This document shows, piece after piece, positions 49,965-59,463 of a stretch of 64,000 nucleotides of DNA. The position numbers were made by a program, and so were the translations under genes. Each line of letters opens with the position of its first letter. Position 1 is the stretch's first letter. The DNA is from Terriglobia bacterium (GTDB lineage: Bacteria; Acidobacteriota; Terriglobia; 20CM-2-55-15): the NCBI GenBank assembly GCA_965198225.1, contig CBDAOY010000006.1:224001-288000 (forward strand), in the 5' to 3' direction. The notes under the pieces were generated by a model. That model was not told where the DNA came from. It did no database searches and worked only from the letters and a program-made list of their open reading frames with translations.

Positions 49965-51269
49965 ATGACGAGCCGAAAGGTAGGGAAGGCAGCCAGGGAG
50001 AAGTCGACCGAGCGCCCGTACAACGTTCTGGCTATCGGGGATTCGGTGATGTGGGGGCAGGGCCACCTTGCGAAGGACACGTTCGCCGAGAAGGTGGCGA
50101 AGTACATTCAGGAGGACGCCGGCAAGCGCTCCGTGCAGGTGGCGAACCTGGCGCATTCCGGAGCGGTGATCGGGACTACGCGGGCCGAGAGCGCCTCGGC
50201 GCAGCCGTATCTGTATGGAGAGCTGCCTCGAACGTATCCCGACCTGTACACCCAGCTCCGAGCGTCGAAGTTTCAGTACAGATCCAGTGACACGCTCCCG
50301 AAGACCTACCTCACGGCACAGAGCTTCGACTCGACGCGTCAGTCGACGCACAAGAAGCGGATGAAGAAGACTCTGGATGCGATGAACTCGGGCGACCCGG
50401 ACCTGATCCTGCTGGACGGGGGCATCAACGACCTGGGCGCCACCCAGATTCTCAACCCCCTGGACCAGGACAAGAACGAAATCGACTTACCCGATTCGCT
50501 GCGGGACGTGCGGCGATTCGTGGCGGATTGGCGGCATGAGCCGAAGCAGTTCGAGCGGGAGATCAAGCAGTTCTGCTACGAGCGCATGCGAAGGTTGCTG
50601 GTGGCGGTACACAGGGCGCATCCCACGAGCAAGATGGTGGTGACGGGATATTACCCGATCTTCACGAAGGGATCGGCGCTCGGTGCGGTGGGCGGCGGCG
50701 GGACCCTGGCGGCGATGCTGCTGGTCCTGATGCGCAGGCCGAGACCTCTCAGGGTGGCGACTCTGACGGCGCTCACGGCCGCATACGCACTTTTGTCGAA
50801 ACTGGTTATCGAGCGGAACGACTACTGGTATAAACGCTCACGGCACTGGCTGGACGAGGCGGTGGATAACGCGAACGAGTCCATCGGGAGTCGGGCCTGC
50901 TTCTTCGCGCAGCCCAGGTTCGGGAAGGATAACGGCGGGTTCGCGAAGAAGTCGTACCTGTACGAGTTCACGCTCTCGTCGAAGTTTCCGAAGAAGAAGT
51001 CCGACCTGGAGAAGTGGGTAAAGGTGTCGGACCCTCAGAAGCGCTATCGCAAGACGGCCTGGGATAAGTTCTATAACTCGCGTAGCCACGATGGCGACAA
51101 GTCCGACGGCTCCAAGTTCAGCGATTACAGGGCATCGATCGCACATCCGAACGACGCCGGTGTACAGGAATACACACGCGCCATCATGAGCGTGATCCGA
51201 GGTAATTCGCGGGCGTTCGGGCTGAGGTTGGTTATGTTTCAGAGTTTCTGCAAAAAGGTCCTGAAATAG
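49965..51269 (+). CDS. SGNH/GDSL hydrolase family protein (C-terminus runs into IS end)
   Basis: IGDSVMWGQG, AHSGA, LDGGIND, VTGYY, HPN blocks. Confidence 0.82.
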   Translation: MTSRKVGKAAREKSTERPYNVLAIGDSVMWGQGHLAKDTFAEKVAKYIQEDAGKRSVQVANLAHSGAVIGTTRAESASAQPYLYGELPRTYPDLYTQLRASKFQYRSSDTLPKTYLTAQSFDSTRQSTHKKRMKKTLDAMNSGDPDLILLDGGINDLGATQILNPLDQDKNEIDLPDSLRDVRRFVADWRHEPKQFEREIKQFCYERMRRLLVAVHRAHPTSKMVVTGYYPIFTKGSALGAVGGGGTLAAMLLVLMRRPRPLRVATLTALTAAYALLSKLVIERNDYWYKRSRHWLDEAVDNANESIGSRACFFAQPRFGKDNGGFAKKSYLYEFTLSSKFPKKKSDLEKWVKVSDPQKRYRKTAWDKFYNSRSHDGDKSDGSKFSDYRASIAHPNDAGVQEYTRAIMSVIRGNSRAFGLRLVMFQSFCKKVLK

Positions 51270-52852
51270 GAAAGGGCCAGGGTATCTCCGAAAAGTTGGT
51301 AACGAATCAACTTTGAAACGAAGGAGATGAACCGATGGCCCGACCTCAGATTAAGCGAAAGGGAGTGGATTGGAAAGAACTGTTAGGAGAGGAAAAGGAT
51401 TTGCTGAAAAGCGTCGTACAGGAGGTGGTTCAAGAGATTCTCGAGGCGGAGATGGACCAGGTCGTGGGCGCGGTCAAGAGTGAACGAACAGGGGGTCGCA
51501 CCGGATATCGGAGTGGCTATTACGGACGGGACCTGGTCACACGGGTGGGCAAGCTGGAGTTGCGCGTGCCGCAGGACCGGGCCGGCCGGTTCAGTACGGA
51601 GGTGTTTGAACGCTACCAACGCAGCGAGAAAGCCTTGGTGGCCAGCTTGGCCGAGATGTACGTGCAGGGCGTGTCAACGCGCAAGGTGAAAGCCATCACC
51701 GAAGAACTATGCGGACATTCGTTTTCGGCCAGCACGATCAGCCGGATTAATCAGACTCTGGACAAGGAGCTGAAAAAGTTTGCAACGCGACGATTGGAGG
51801 AAGAATACCCGTACCTAATTTTGGATGCGCGCTACGAGAAGGTGCGCGAAGACGGGGTCATCCGGAGCCGGGCGGTGCTGGTCGCGATCGGAATCAACTG
51901 GGACGGCCGGCGCGGTGTGTTGGCGGTGGAGCTGGCGGGACGGGAAAGCACGACCAGTTGGCGGCAACTGCTGCTGAGTTTAAAACAACGCGGCCTGTGC
52001 GGGGTGGAGTTCGTGGTGACCGACGATCATCCGGGGTTGAAGAAAGCCATCGCGGAAGTCCTGACCGAAGCGATCTGGCAGCGCTGCTACGTGCACTTTC
52101 TCCGAAACGCATTGGATTATCTGCCGCGCAAAGGCGATGACGATTGCCTCCAGGAACTGCGTTGGCTCTACGATCGGCGGAACCTCCAGGAAGCGCGGCA
52201 GGACCTCGCGGCGTGGTTGAGCAAGTGGGGGCAGAAATATCCCAAACTCTGCGACTGGGTCGAAGACAACATCGACGAGACGCTGAGCTTCTACACGCTG
52301 CCGCTTCAGCATCACAAGCACATGAAATCCACCAATATGCTGGAACGGCTCAACGAAGAGATCAAGCGGCGAACGCGTGTGGTGCGGATATTCCCCAACG
52401 CGGCCAGCTGTCTGCGTTTGATTCGGGCACTGACCACCGAGATGCACGAGAACTGGATCGAAGCGATCCGTTATTTGAACATGGATCTGTTGAAGGAACA
52501 CAAGAAGGACTGGCACCGTCAGACGCCTGCCGCGTGAACGCGTCAAAACGGACCGACCCAAGGATCGGCTCGGAAGCCGATCGTCGATTACAGCGCATCC
52601 TGGAGCGAGGAATCTCTGTGGAAAACTTTCAAAGGGCGAAAGAAAGAGAACCAAAAAAGAAAGAAAGGCAGAGGCCTGATGGAAATGACGCCTCAGAGGA
52701 AATCCGCAACAAGACGCGGATTCCCTCTGAGGCTTGGAAAAGCTTCGCCAAGAACGTTCAGCTTTCCCACATTCCCACAGGCCCGACGGCGATCAACACT
52801 CAAGAACTGACTTTTTCGGAAATACTTTTTGCAGAACTTGACGCACACAACT
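51230..52852 (+). mobile_element. IS256-family insertion sequence
   Basis: Imperfect ~27-bp TIRs (..TTCTGCAAAAA / TTTTTGCAGAA..) around the transposase; no TSD found. Confidence 0.85.
51335..52537 (+). CDS. IS256-family transposase
   Basis: LRVPQDR.G.F, MYVQGVSTRKV, LDARYEKVR, WQRCYVHF.RN, TNMLERLNEEIKRRT. Confidence 0.95.
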   Translation: MARPQIKRKGVDWKELLGEEKDLLKSVVQEVVQEILEAEMDQVVGAVKSERTGGRTGYRSGYYGRDLVTRVGKLELRVPQDRAGRFSTEVFERYQRSEKALVASLAEMYVQGVSTRKVKAITEELCGHSFSASTISRINQTLDKELKKFATRRLEEEYPYLILDARYEKVREDGVIRSRAVLVAIGINWDGRRGVLAVELAGRESTTSWRQLLLSLKQRGLCGVEFVVTDDHPGLKKAIAEVLTEAIWQRCYVHFLRNALDYLPRKGDDDCLQELRWLYDRRNLQEARQDLAAWLSKWGQKYPKLCDWVEDNIDETLSFYTLPLQHHKHMKSTNMLERLNEEIKRRTRVVRIFPNAASCLRLIRALTTEMHENWIEAIRYLNMDLLKEHKKDWHRQTPAA

Positions 52853-53349
52853 TTCGACATGCGAAAGTTTCTTGCGGCTTGACGGAAGGGAGCGGGAGAA
52901 CCCTATGCCTAACTGGCGTCGCTACGGTCTCATCCTCCATCGAGAATCATCATGCGTGCGGCACCGACCGCGATCACCGATTCTCATGGACCTTAGACCA
53001 GACAGCCATCTCGCTTGATTGGTTCCCGCTCCCGTTCCGACCCGACTGGTGCTCTGCCCCTCACCCGAGCCTGGAGCTAACTGGCGGCACACGCCGACAC
53101 TTGAGTAGGACGGTACGAGGGTACTGATGAATTTCTAGGTCGCGGTTCGATCCTGAACCGCAGTGCTGAGTCTTGACAGCGCTTGAACCTCAATAGGTGT
53201 TTGGTGCAGCGCATCTCGGCTGCACCGGCAATCGAATCCAAGTCGGAGCACGTCTCTCAACTTCGAATTGGCTCACTGTCGTGAGCCATGAGGATTGGTG
53301 TCGCTCTTGACTCTACGGGGCCTTATAGGTGATAGGTGGCTCCCAGGGA

Positions 53350-53577
53350 CTATGCGAATGTCAGGCGGCCGCGAGGCTGAGGGATGTCTCGGCCGAGTTC
53401 CTTGGCGGTCTCGATCCACTCGCCGATTACGACTTCCGCCTGAGCGAGGGCTTCCTGATAGGTCTGGCCATCCGCGGCGCATCCAGGGAGTTCAGGCACT
53501 TCAGCGATGAAAGCGTTATCGTCGTCGCTCCAGTAGATGATGATCTCGTAGCGGTACTTACTCTTCACTGGGATCAC
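53350..53577 (-). CDS. hicB: HicB-family antitoxin
   Basis: YEIIIYWS.DD.AFIAEVPELPGC.ADG.T..EAL...WIETA...GR.IP.P. Confidence 0.92.
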   Translation of the reverse strand: MIPVKSKYRYEIIIYWSDDDNAFIAEVPELPGCAADGQTYQEALAQAEVVIGEWIETAKELGRDIPQPRGRLTFA

Positions 53578-53821
53578 CTCCGAGTCGGTACTTCAGGATA
53601 ACATCCCTGACCTGCTTTACCTGGTAGGGCTTTGCGTTCCGCCCACGGGGTTGCAGATTGAGAATCTCGCTCACTCCTTCCCGCGTAAATATATGGTGAT
53701 CCCCACGAATTCGTTTTTGGAATTCCAGGCGTTCCAAGACCCTACACAGCTCGCCGAAGTCGATTCCGGCGTCTGAAGTGCCCCGAAGGATTCGATCCAA
53801 CGCCTTCCGGAACGAGGTCAT
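53558..53821 (-). CDS. hicA: HicA-family toxin
   Basis: RIRGDHHIFTREG..EILNLQP...AKPYQVKQVR; overlaps hicB. Confidence 0.9.
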   Translation of the reverse strand: MTSFRKALDRILRGTSDAGIDFGELCRVLERLEFQKRIRGDHHIFTREGVSEILNLQPRGRNAKPYQVKQVRDVILKYRLGGDPSEE

Positions 53822-54021
53822 ATGGACACTTTACCGCACCTCTCGCCGTCGACTCCCTGAGCTCTGGGAAAATGCGGGTCAAACTTCCGAACCCTTTCGG
53901 ATTCTCAGGTGGAACGCTCGCCGTTCCTTTTCCAGAATCGACAGTCATGTGGATTGATACGCCCTGACCGACCGGAGTCAGGACCTCGATCGCTGCCGAG
54001 TGGATTGTCGGGGTATTCCTG

Positions 54022-56745
54022 CTAATTGTCCGTCGGAACCAGACGCTTCAACTCTTCGAAGAAGTTCAGGACGAGGATCACGGAGGTCGCGGCGGTTTCG
54101 GTGTCGACTGGTCGGGTCGTCAGGAAGCTCTGGTCGTCCAGTGCGACGTCGTACACTCTCGGCCTACCCCCACTGTAGAAAATGCCCGGCATCCGGAACA
54201 GGGGCGTGACAGAGCCAAGCTCGAACGAGTTCTCCGTTGTCGAGAACGTCGCCACCGCGATCTCATTCGTGGCACGGTTCCGGAAGAACAACTCCCGCCC
54301 GTTATGCGCCCAGACGGGTTCGACACCACCGCCGTTTGAAATCGGCCACTTCCCATCGTTGACGTTCGGGAACGGCCGCACGAAGACCTCATTACGGCCC
54401 GTCTCGTTGGACACGTACGCCAGCCAGCGGCCGTCCCGCGAGACTGCGGGGTACGCCTCAAAAAACCTGTCGCTCACGACCAGCGGCTCCGCTTCGCCGT
54501 CCTCGCCGGGTCGCAGCCCGATGATGTCTGAGGTGGGGTGTTCGGGTGGGGCGGGGTTCCTGCGGACCACCAGCCACCCGTCCGGGCTCCAGACACCCTC
54601 CCCACTCGGGGAGTCCGAGTCTCCGTAGACCAACTCGGCCTCCGCCGTGCCGTTGGCCGGCCGCTGCCACACGCGATAAAATTGGCCGGGACCGACAGAA
54701 TTCGAGTTCCCCCGCCTCGACGCGAACGTGATCTCCCGGCCATCGGGCGTCCAGGCCGGGAGCTGTTCCAGAGCATCATCGAAGGTGAGACGGGACATCG
54801 GGCCATCCGGCAGTACCTTGGTCCAGATGTCCACATTCCCGTCCGTTTCGTTCGTGAACACCACCCGGCCGCCATCCGGAGACAGCCGCAGTCCATTGTG
54901 CTGCCCCTCATTTGTCCAACGGAGCGTTTCGCCCGGGCTGACCGGGCTCGCCTCACCCGAACGGGTCACCCACACGAACTCGCGCACGCCAGAAACCCCG
55001 CCCGCAGCATAGACGAGACTGCCGTCCTCCGACACGGCAAAGGCCATGTCACCGAAGAGGCCGATCGTCAGGCCGTCCACAACAGGAACGGCATTCCCTG
55101 TGAACGCCGCACGCGCCACATCGAACGGCGCGGCCATGAGCTGCCCGTCCGGGGTACCGAACAGCAAGTGCCCTGACGCCGCGTAACGCGCCCATCCTCC
55201 CGGTTTCAGCATCTTCCGCTCGCCCGTCTCCAGGTCCATCGACCAAATGGCTGCGTCACTGCTGGATGAATCGCGCAGCACTGTATGCAGCAAGACCTTC
55301 CCACCGGGCATGGGATGGGGGACGTGGGCGAGGTCTCCCTCCGAACGCTGGGTCACCGTTTCGATCTCGCCGCCGGTATCCGGCACGCGGCTGATGGCGA
55401 AGTCCAGGCCCATGAAGTAGAGCCATCCATCGTCGGACCAGGACGCAGTGCGAGCATTTTCTGCCAGTGTCCGGCCCGGTCCCCCGGCAACCGGCACCAC
55501 CCGCAGCGGGCCCGGATTGCCCTGGACGAACGCCACTTCTCTCCCGTCCGGTGAAACCGCAAAGACAGCGCCTCCTCCGACTCCTGCAGTTCCCGGAATC
55601 GGCCGTGCCTCCAGTCCGTTCCAGTTCCGCATCCACAGCTGCGACCCTCCGCTCGTCTCTGCAGGACCCACATAGATGAGAGCCGAACCATCCCGGGTCA
55701 GCTCAAGCCAGCCGGTCGGGGTCTGCCCGTCCTGGAACGGCGTATCGAATCGGGCGATCGAACGCAAAGGTTCGGTCACAGGACGAAGCAGCGACCAACT
55801 GGCGACGACGGCGAACATCGCGGCTAAGACCGTCATCGCGACCGTCAGCCGATTCCAGCGCCCCACCTCCGGTGTCGAGGCCGACAGCTCGCCGCCCGTG
55901 TCGAACGCGCCTTCCAGGGCCAGCCGCATGTCGGCCATGTCGGAGACCCGCTGCTTCGGCTCTCTCTCGAGGCACCGCGTGAGAAACACACGGAGCGTGG
56001 GCGACAGATCGGACGGCAGTGCCTTCCAGGGGACCTCCCCCCGTAGCACCGCTGCCAGAGTGAGCGACACATCTTCGGCCTCGAAGGCACGTTGTCCAGT
56101 GAACATTTCGTAGACCACGCACCCGAAAGCCCAGATGTCGGTGCGCTTGTCGACCGCCTTCCCCCGGGCTTGCTCGGGGCTCATGTAGGCAGCGGTTCCG
56201 AGGATGATCCCCTGCTGCGTCGCCGCCAGGCTCAGCGTGGGAGATTGCGACAAGCTCTCATCCGTCCCATCGCCCGCAAATGCCTTCGCCAACCCGAAGT
56301 CCAGCACCTTCACTTTGCCGTCGGGAGTGACCTTGATGTTGGCGGGTTTCAGGTCCCGGTGGATCACTCCTTTTTCATGGGCCGCTTCGAGAGCCTCGGC
56401 GATCTGGAGTGCGAGCTGGAGGGATTCTTCGACAGGGATCGCACCACGCTTGAGCCGGTCGGCCAGGGTGTCGCCTTCTACGAGTTCGAGGACCAGGAAC
56501 CGCGTGCCTTCGTGTTCCTCTAGGCCGTGGATGGTTGCGATGTTCGGATGGTTCAGGGACGCCAGCAGCTTTGCTTCACGCTCAAACCGGGCCAGCCGTT
56601 CTTCATCTTTGGCGAATTCCTCGGGTAGAGTCTTGATCGCAACCTGCCGCCCCAGCTTCGAGTCCTGCGCCAGCCATACCGATCCCATGCCGCCCTGCCC
56701 GAGCTTGTCGGTGATCTCGTAGTGGCCCAGAGTCTTCCCGATCAT
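54022..56745 (-). CDS. Ser/Thr protein kinase-TM-TolB/PD40-like beta-propeller (array copy 1, intact)
   Basis: GQGGMG, VAIK, HRDLKPAN, DFGLAK, YMSPEQ; TM; repeated SPDG/W.PDG blades. Confidence 0.95.
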   Translation of the reverse strand: MIGKTLGHYEITDKLGQGGMGSVWLAQDSKLGRQVAIKTLPEEFAKDEERLARFEREAKLLASLNHPNIATIHGLEEHEGTRFLVLELVEGDTLADRLKRGAIPVEESLQLALQIAEALEAAHEKGVIHRDLKPANIKVTPDGKVKVLDFGLAKAFAGDGTDESLSQSPTLSLAATQQGIILGTAAYMSPEQARGKAVDKRTDIWAFGCVVYEMFTGQRAFEAEDVSLTLAAVLRGEVPWKALPSDLSPTLRVFLTRCLEREPKQRVSDMADMRLALEGAFDTGGELSASTPEVGRWNRLTVAMTVLAAMFAVVASWSLLRPVTEPLRSIARFDTPFQDGQTPTGWLELTRDGSALIYVGPAETSGGSQLWMRNWNGLEARPIPGTAGVGGGAVFAVSPDGREVAFVQGNPGPLRVVPVAGGPGRTLAENARTASWSDDGWLYFMGLDFAISRVPDTGGEIETVTQRSEGDLAHVPHPMPGGKVLLHTVLRDSSSSDAAIWSMDLETGERKMLKPGGWARYAASGHLLFGTPDGQLMAAPFDVARAAFTGNAVPVVDGLTIGLFGDMAFAVSEDGSLVYAAGGVSGVREFVWVTRSGEASPVSPGETLRWTNEGQHNGLRLSPDGGRVVFTNETDGNVDIWTKVLPDGPMSRLTFDDALEQLPAWTPDGREITFASRRGNSNSVGPGQFYRVWQRPANGTAEAELVYGDSDSPSGEGVWSPDGWLVVRRNPAPPEHPTSDIIGLRPGEDGEAEPLVVSDRFFEAYPAVSRDGRWLAYVSNETGRNEVFVRPFPNVNDGKWPISNGGGVEPVWAHNGRELFFRNRATNEIAVATFSTTENSFELGSVTPLFRMPGIFYSGGRPRVYDVALDDQSFLTTRPVDTETAATSVILVLNFFEELKRLVPTDN

Positions 56746-59463
56746 GGCACCGGTACCCGTTCCTTGAGTTCTTCGAAGAAGTTCTCGACCACGATGACCT
56801 CGGTCGCGGCCGCCTCGCCCTCGCCCTCGTAGGGGCGGACCATCAGGAACCGCTGATCATCTGACGTGATATCGTAGAAGTTGTCGCCCCGGTTCACGTA
56901 GTATTCCGCCGGTACGGTGAACAGCGTCTCCTGCGCCAGCACCTGCCCCGAGCCTGCATCGAACTGGGCAGCCACCAGCCCACGGTCCTCGTCCACGAAG
57001 AACAGCTCACGCCCGCTGTGCGCCCAGAGCGGCCCGAGCCCCCCGTCCCTCGAGATCCGCACCCTGGCCGAGTTCACATCGGGGAGCGGACGCAGGAACA
57101 CCTCGCGGCGGCCCGTTTCGTCGGAACTGTACGCCAGCCATCTCTCGTCCGGCGACAATGCCGGTTCACCCTCGGCAAACTCCGGTGTCGCCACCAGCGG
57201 TATGGCCGCGCTGTCCTCGCCCGGACGGAAAGCCAGGATGTCGCGCAGGCCCAGACCTACAGCCTCGTTTGCCGCGGCGCGGAGCACGAGCCACTCGCCA
57301 TCGGGACTCCACGACCCTTGGGCGAAGGGCCGCTCTTCGTCGAGCACCAGCACCGCTTCTCCCGTTCCGTCAGCACTCTTAGACCATACGTTCCTGTCAC
57401 CCACGGGACCCGAGAAGTACGTCACGGTCTGACCATCGGGCGTCCAGAATGGCCTGAAGTCCTCATCCTCGGCGAACGTGAGCCGCTCCAGCGGACCGTC
57501 GGGCAGGTGCTTGATCCAGATGTCCTGGTTGCGCTCAACCACGGTGGCGAACGCCATCCGCGTCCCGTCCGGTGAAAGCCTCGGCCCGGAGAAGTTAGAC
57601 CTACCGAATGACCATCCGCGATCGACGGATGTCGCCTGGCCCGAGCGCGTTACCCAGACGAACTCGGAGTCGCCGCTCCCACCGCCAGCCTGATACACAA
57701 GCGTGCTGTCGTCCGACAGCGCGAGGTGGACCGAACCGAGGGAGCGCACACCTACACCCTCGGCCAGCGCCACTGGGTCTCCCGCCAGCTGCAGCGCGTC
57801 CTGGTCGAACGAAGCGGCCAGGAGCCTCCCGTCCGCCGTCACGTTGACCAGATGCCCCGACGCTGCGTAGCGGGCGAACACGCCGCGCACGAGGACCTCG
57901 TGCTCCCCGGTCTCCATGTCCGCCACCGCGATGTCGTACTGGCTAAGGTCGCCAATGGGCTCGTGGGCCACCGTGAACAGCACGCCGCGACCGTTGGGGA
58001 GCGCCTGCGGCCAGAGGTGACCCGTCTCGTTTTGTGCTGTGTCGAGCACGGTGAACGGCTCCACCTCGCCGCTCGCCTCCGGCACGCGGAAAAGAGCACT
58101 CCCCCCAGGAGCCGAGAAGTAGATGTAGCCGTCGGGACCCCAGGCGAGCCCCGCAAGTCCAACGCCGCTCTCCACGATCGCCAACGGGGGCCCACCGCTC
58201 AGTGAGACCGCGCGGACCCCGCCACCTGCGTAGAAGGCCACCCTCCGGCCGTCGGCAGAGAAGACGGGGTTCAGCGCTCCTTCGGAGCCCGCGATGGGCG
58301 TCGCCTGGAGTTGATCACGTCGGCGTAGCCAGAGCTGTCGGCCCTGTTCCCCCGGACCCACGTAGACCATCCGAGTCCCGTCCGGTGAGACTGCGACGTT
58401 CGAGCCGAAGCCGTCGCCCCGCTGAGTGACAGGTAACTCGATGCTGTAGCGGCTGACGGGCCTCGCTTCCGGGGCCGAGGGACGGAGGAGCGCCAAGGCG
58501 AGGGTCCCCGCCAGGACGGCGGCGACTGCCGCTAACGCAACCGAGAGCCGGTTCCACCCACCGACGCCCGCAGGGACTCCAGTCCCATCGGCGGTCCCAT
58601 GTCTGGACCCCGGATCAGCCAGTACTTTCTGAATATCCACCCGGACGTCCGCGATGTCGTGGTACCTGTCCTTGGCCTCCTTCTCCAGGCAACGTTCAAG
58701 GAGCAGCCGAATGCGCGGATGCAGGTTCGGTGGCAGGCTTTTCCAGTCCGGTTCTCTCGCAAGCACCCAGGCGAGAACGTCGGACGCAGTGGGGCCTTCA
58801 TAGACTTGCCGCCCGGTCAGCACCTCGAACAAGACGCATCCGAACGCCCAAATATCCGCACGCTTGTCGACTTCCTGCCCTCTCGCCTGCTCCGGGGACA
58901 TGTACGCGGCGGTTCCGAGGATGATCCCCTGCTGCGTCGCCGCCATGCTCAACGTTGGTGAGTTTGAGAGGCTGGCATCGGCACCGTCCCCTATGAATGC
59001 CTTTGCTAACCCGAAGTCCAGCACCTTCACGTTGCCGTCCGGCGTGACCTTGATGTTCGCAGGCTTCAGAATCCCGATGGATGACACCCTTCTCGTGTGC
59101 GGCTTCTAACGCCTCGGCAATCTGCAGGGCGAGTTTGAGGGATTCTTCGACCGGGATGGCACCACGCTTCAGCCGATCCGCCAGCGTGTCGCCTTCGACC
59201 AGTTCCAAGACGAGGAAACGGGTGCCTTCGTGTTCTTCGAGGCCGTGGATCGTGGCGATATTCGGGTGGTTCAACGAAGCAAGCAGTTTCGCTTCGCGTT
59301 CAAACCGGGCAAGGCGCTCTTCGTCCTTGGCGAACTCCTCGGGAAGCGTCTTGATAGCCACCTGCCGGCCCAACTTCACATCCTGCGCCAGCCACACGGA
59401 TCCCATACCGCCCTGGCCGAGCTTGTCGGTGATCTCGTAGTGGCCGAGCGTCTTGCCGATCAT
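56742..59463 (-). pseudogene. Ser/Thr kinase-beta-propeller (array copy 2), +1 frameshift in HRDLK
   Basis: Extra base at 59070/59071 (CGG GAT T CTG AAG); span 2722 = 3n+1; could be a sequencing error. Confidence 0.8.

Noticed and set aside
53055-53110. Integron attC site
   Set aside because: Only a weak resemblance to the 5' half (CCTCAC-CCGAGCCTGGAGCTAAC); no complementary 3' half with GTTRRRY and no integrase.
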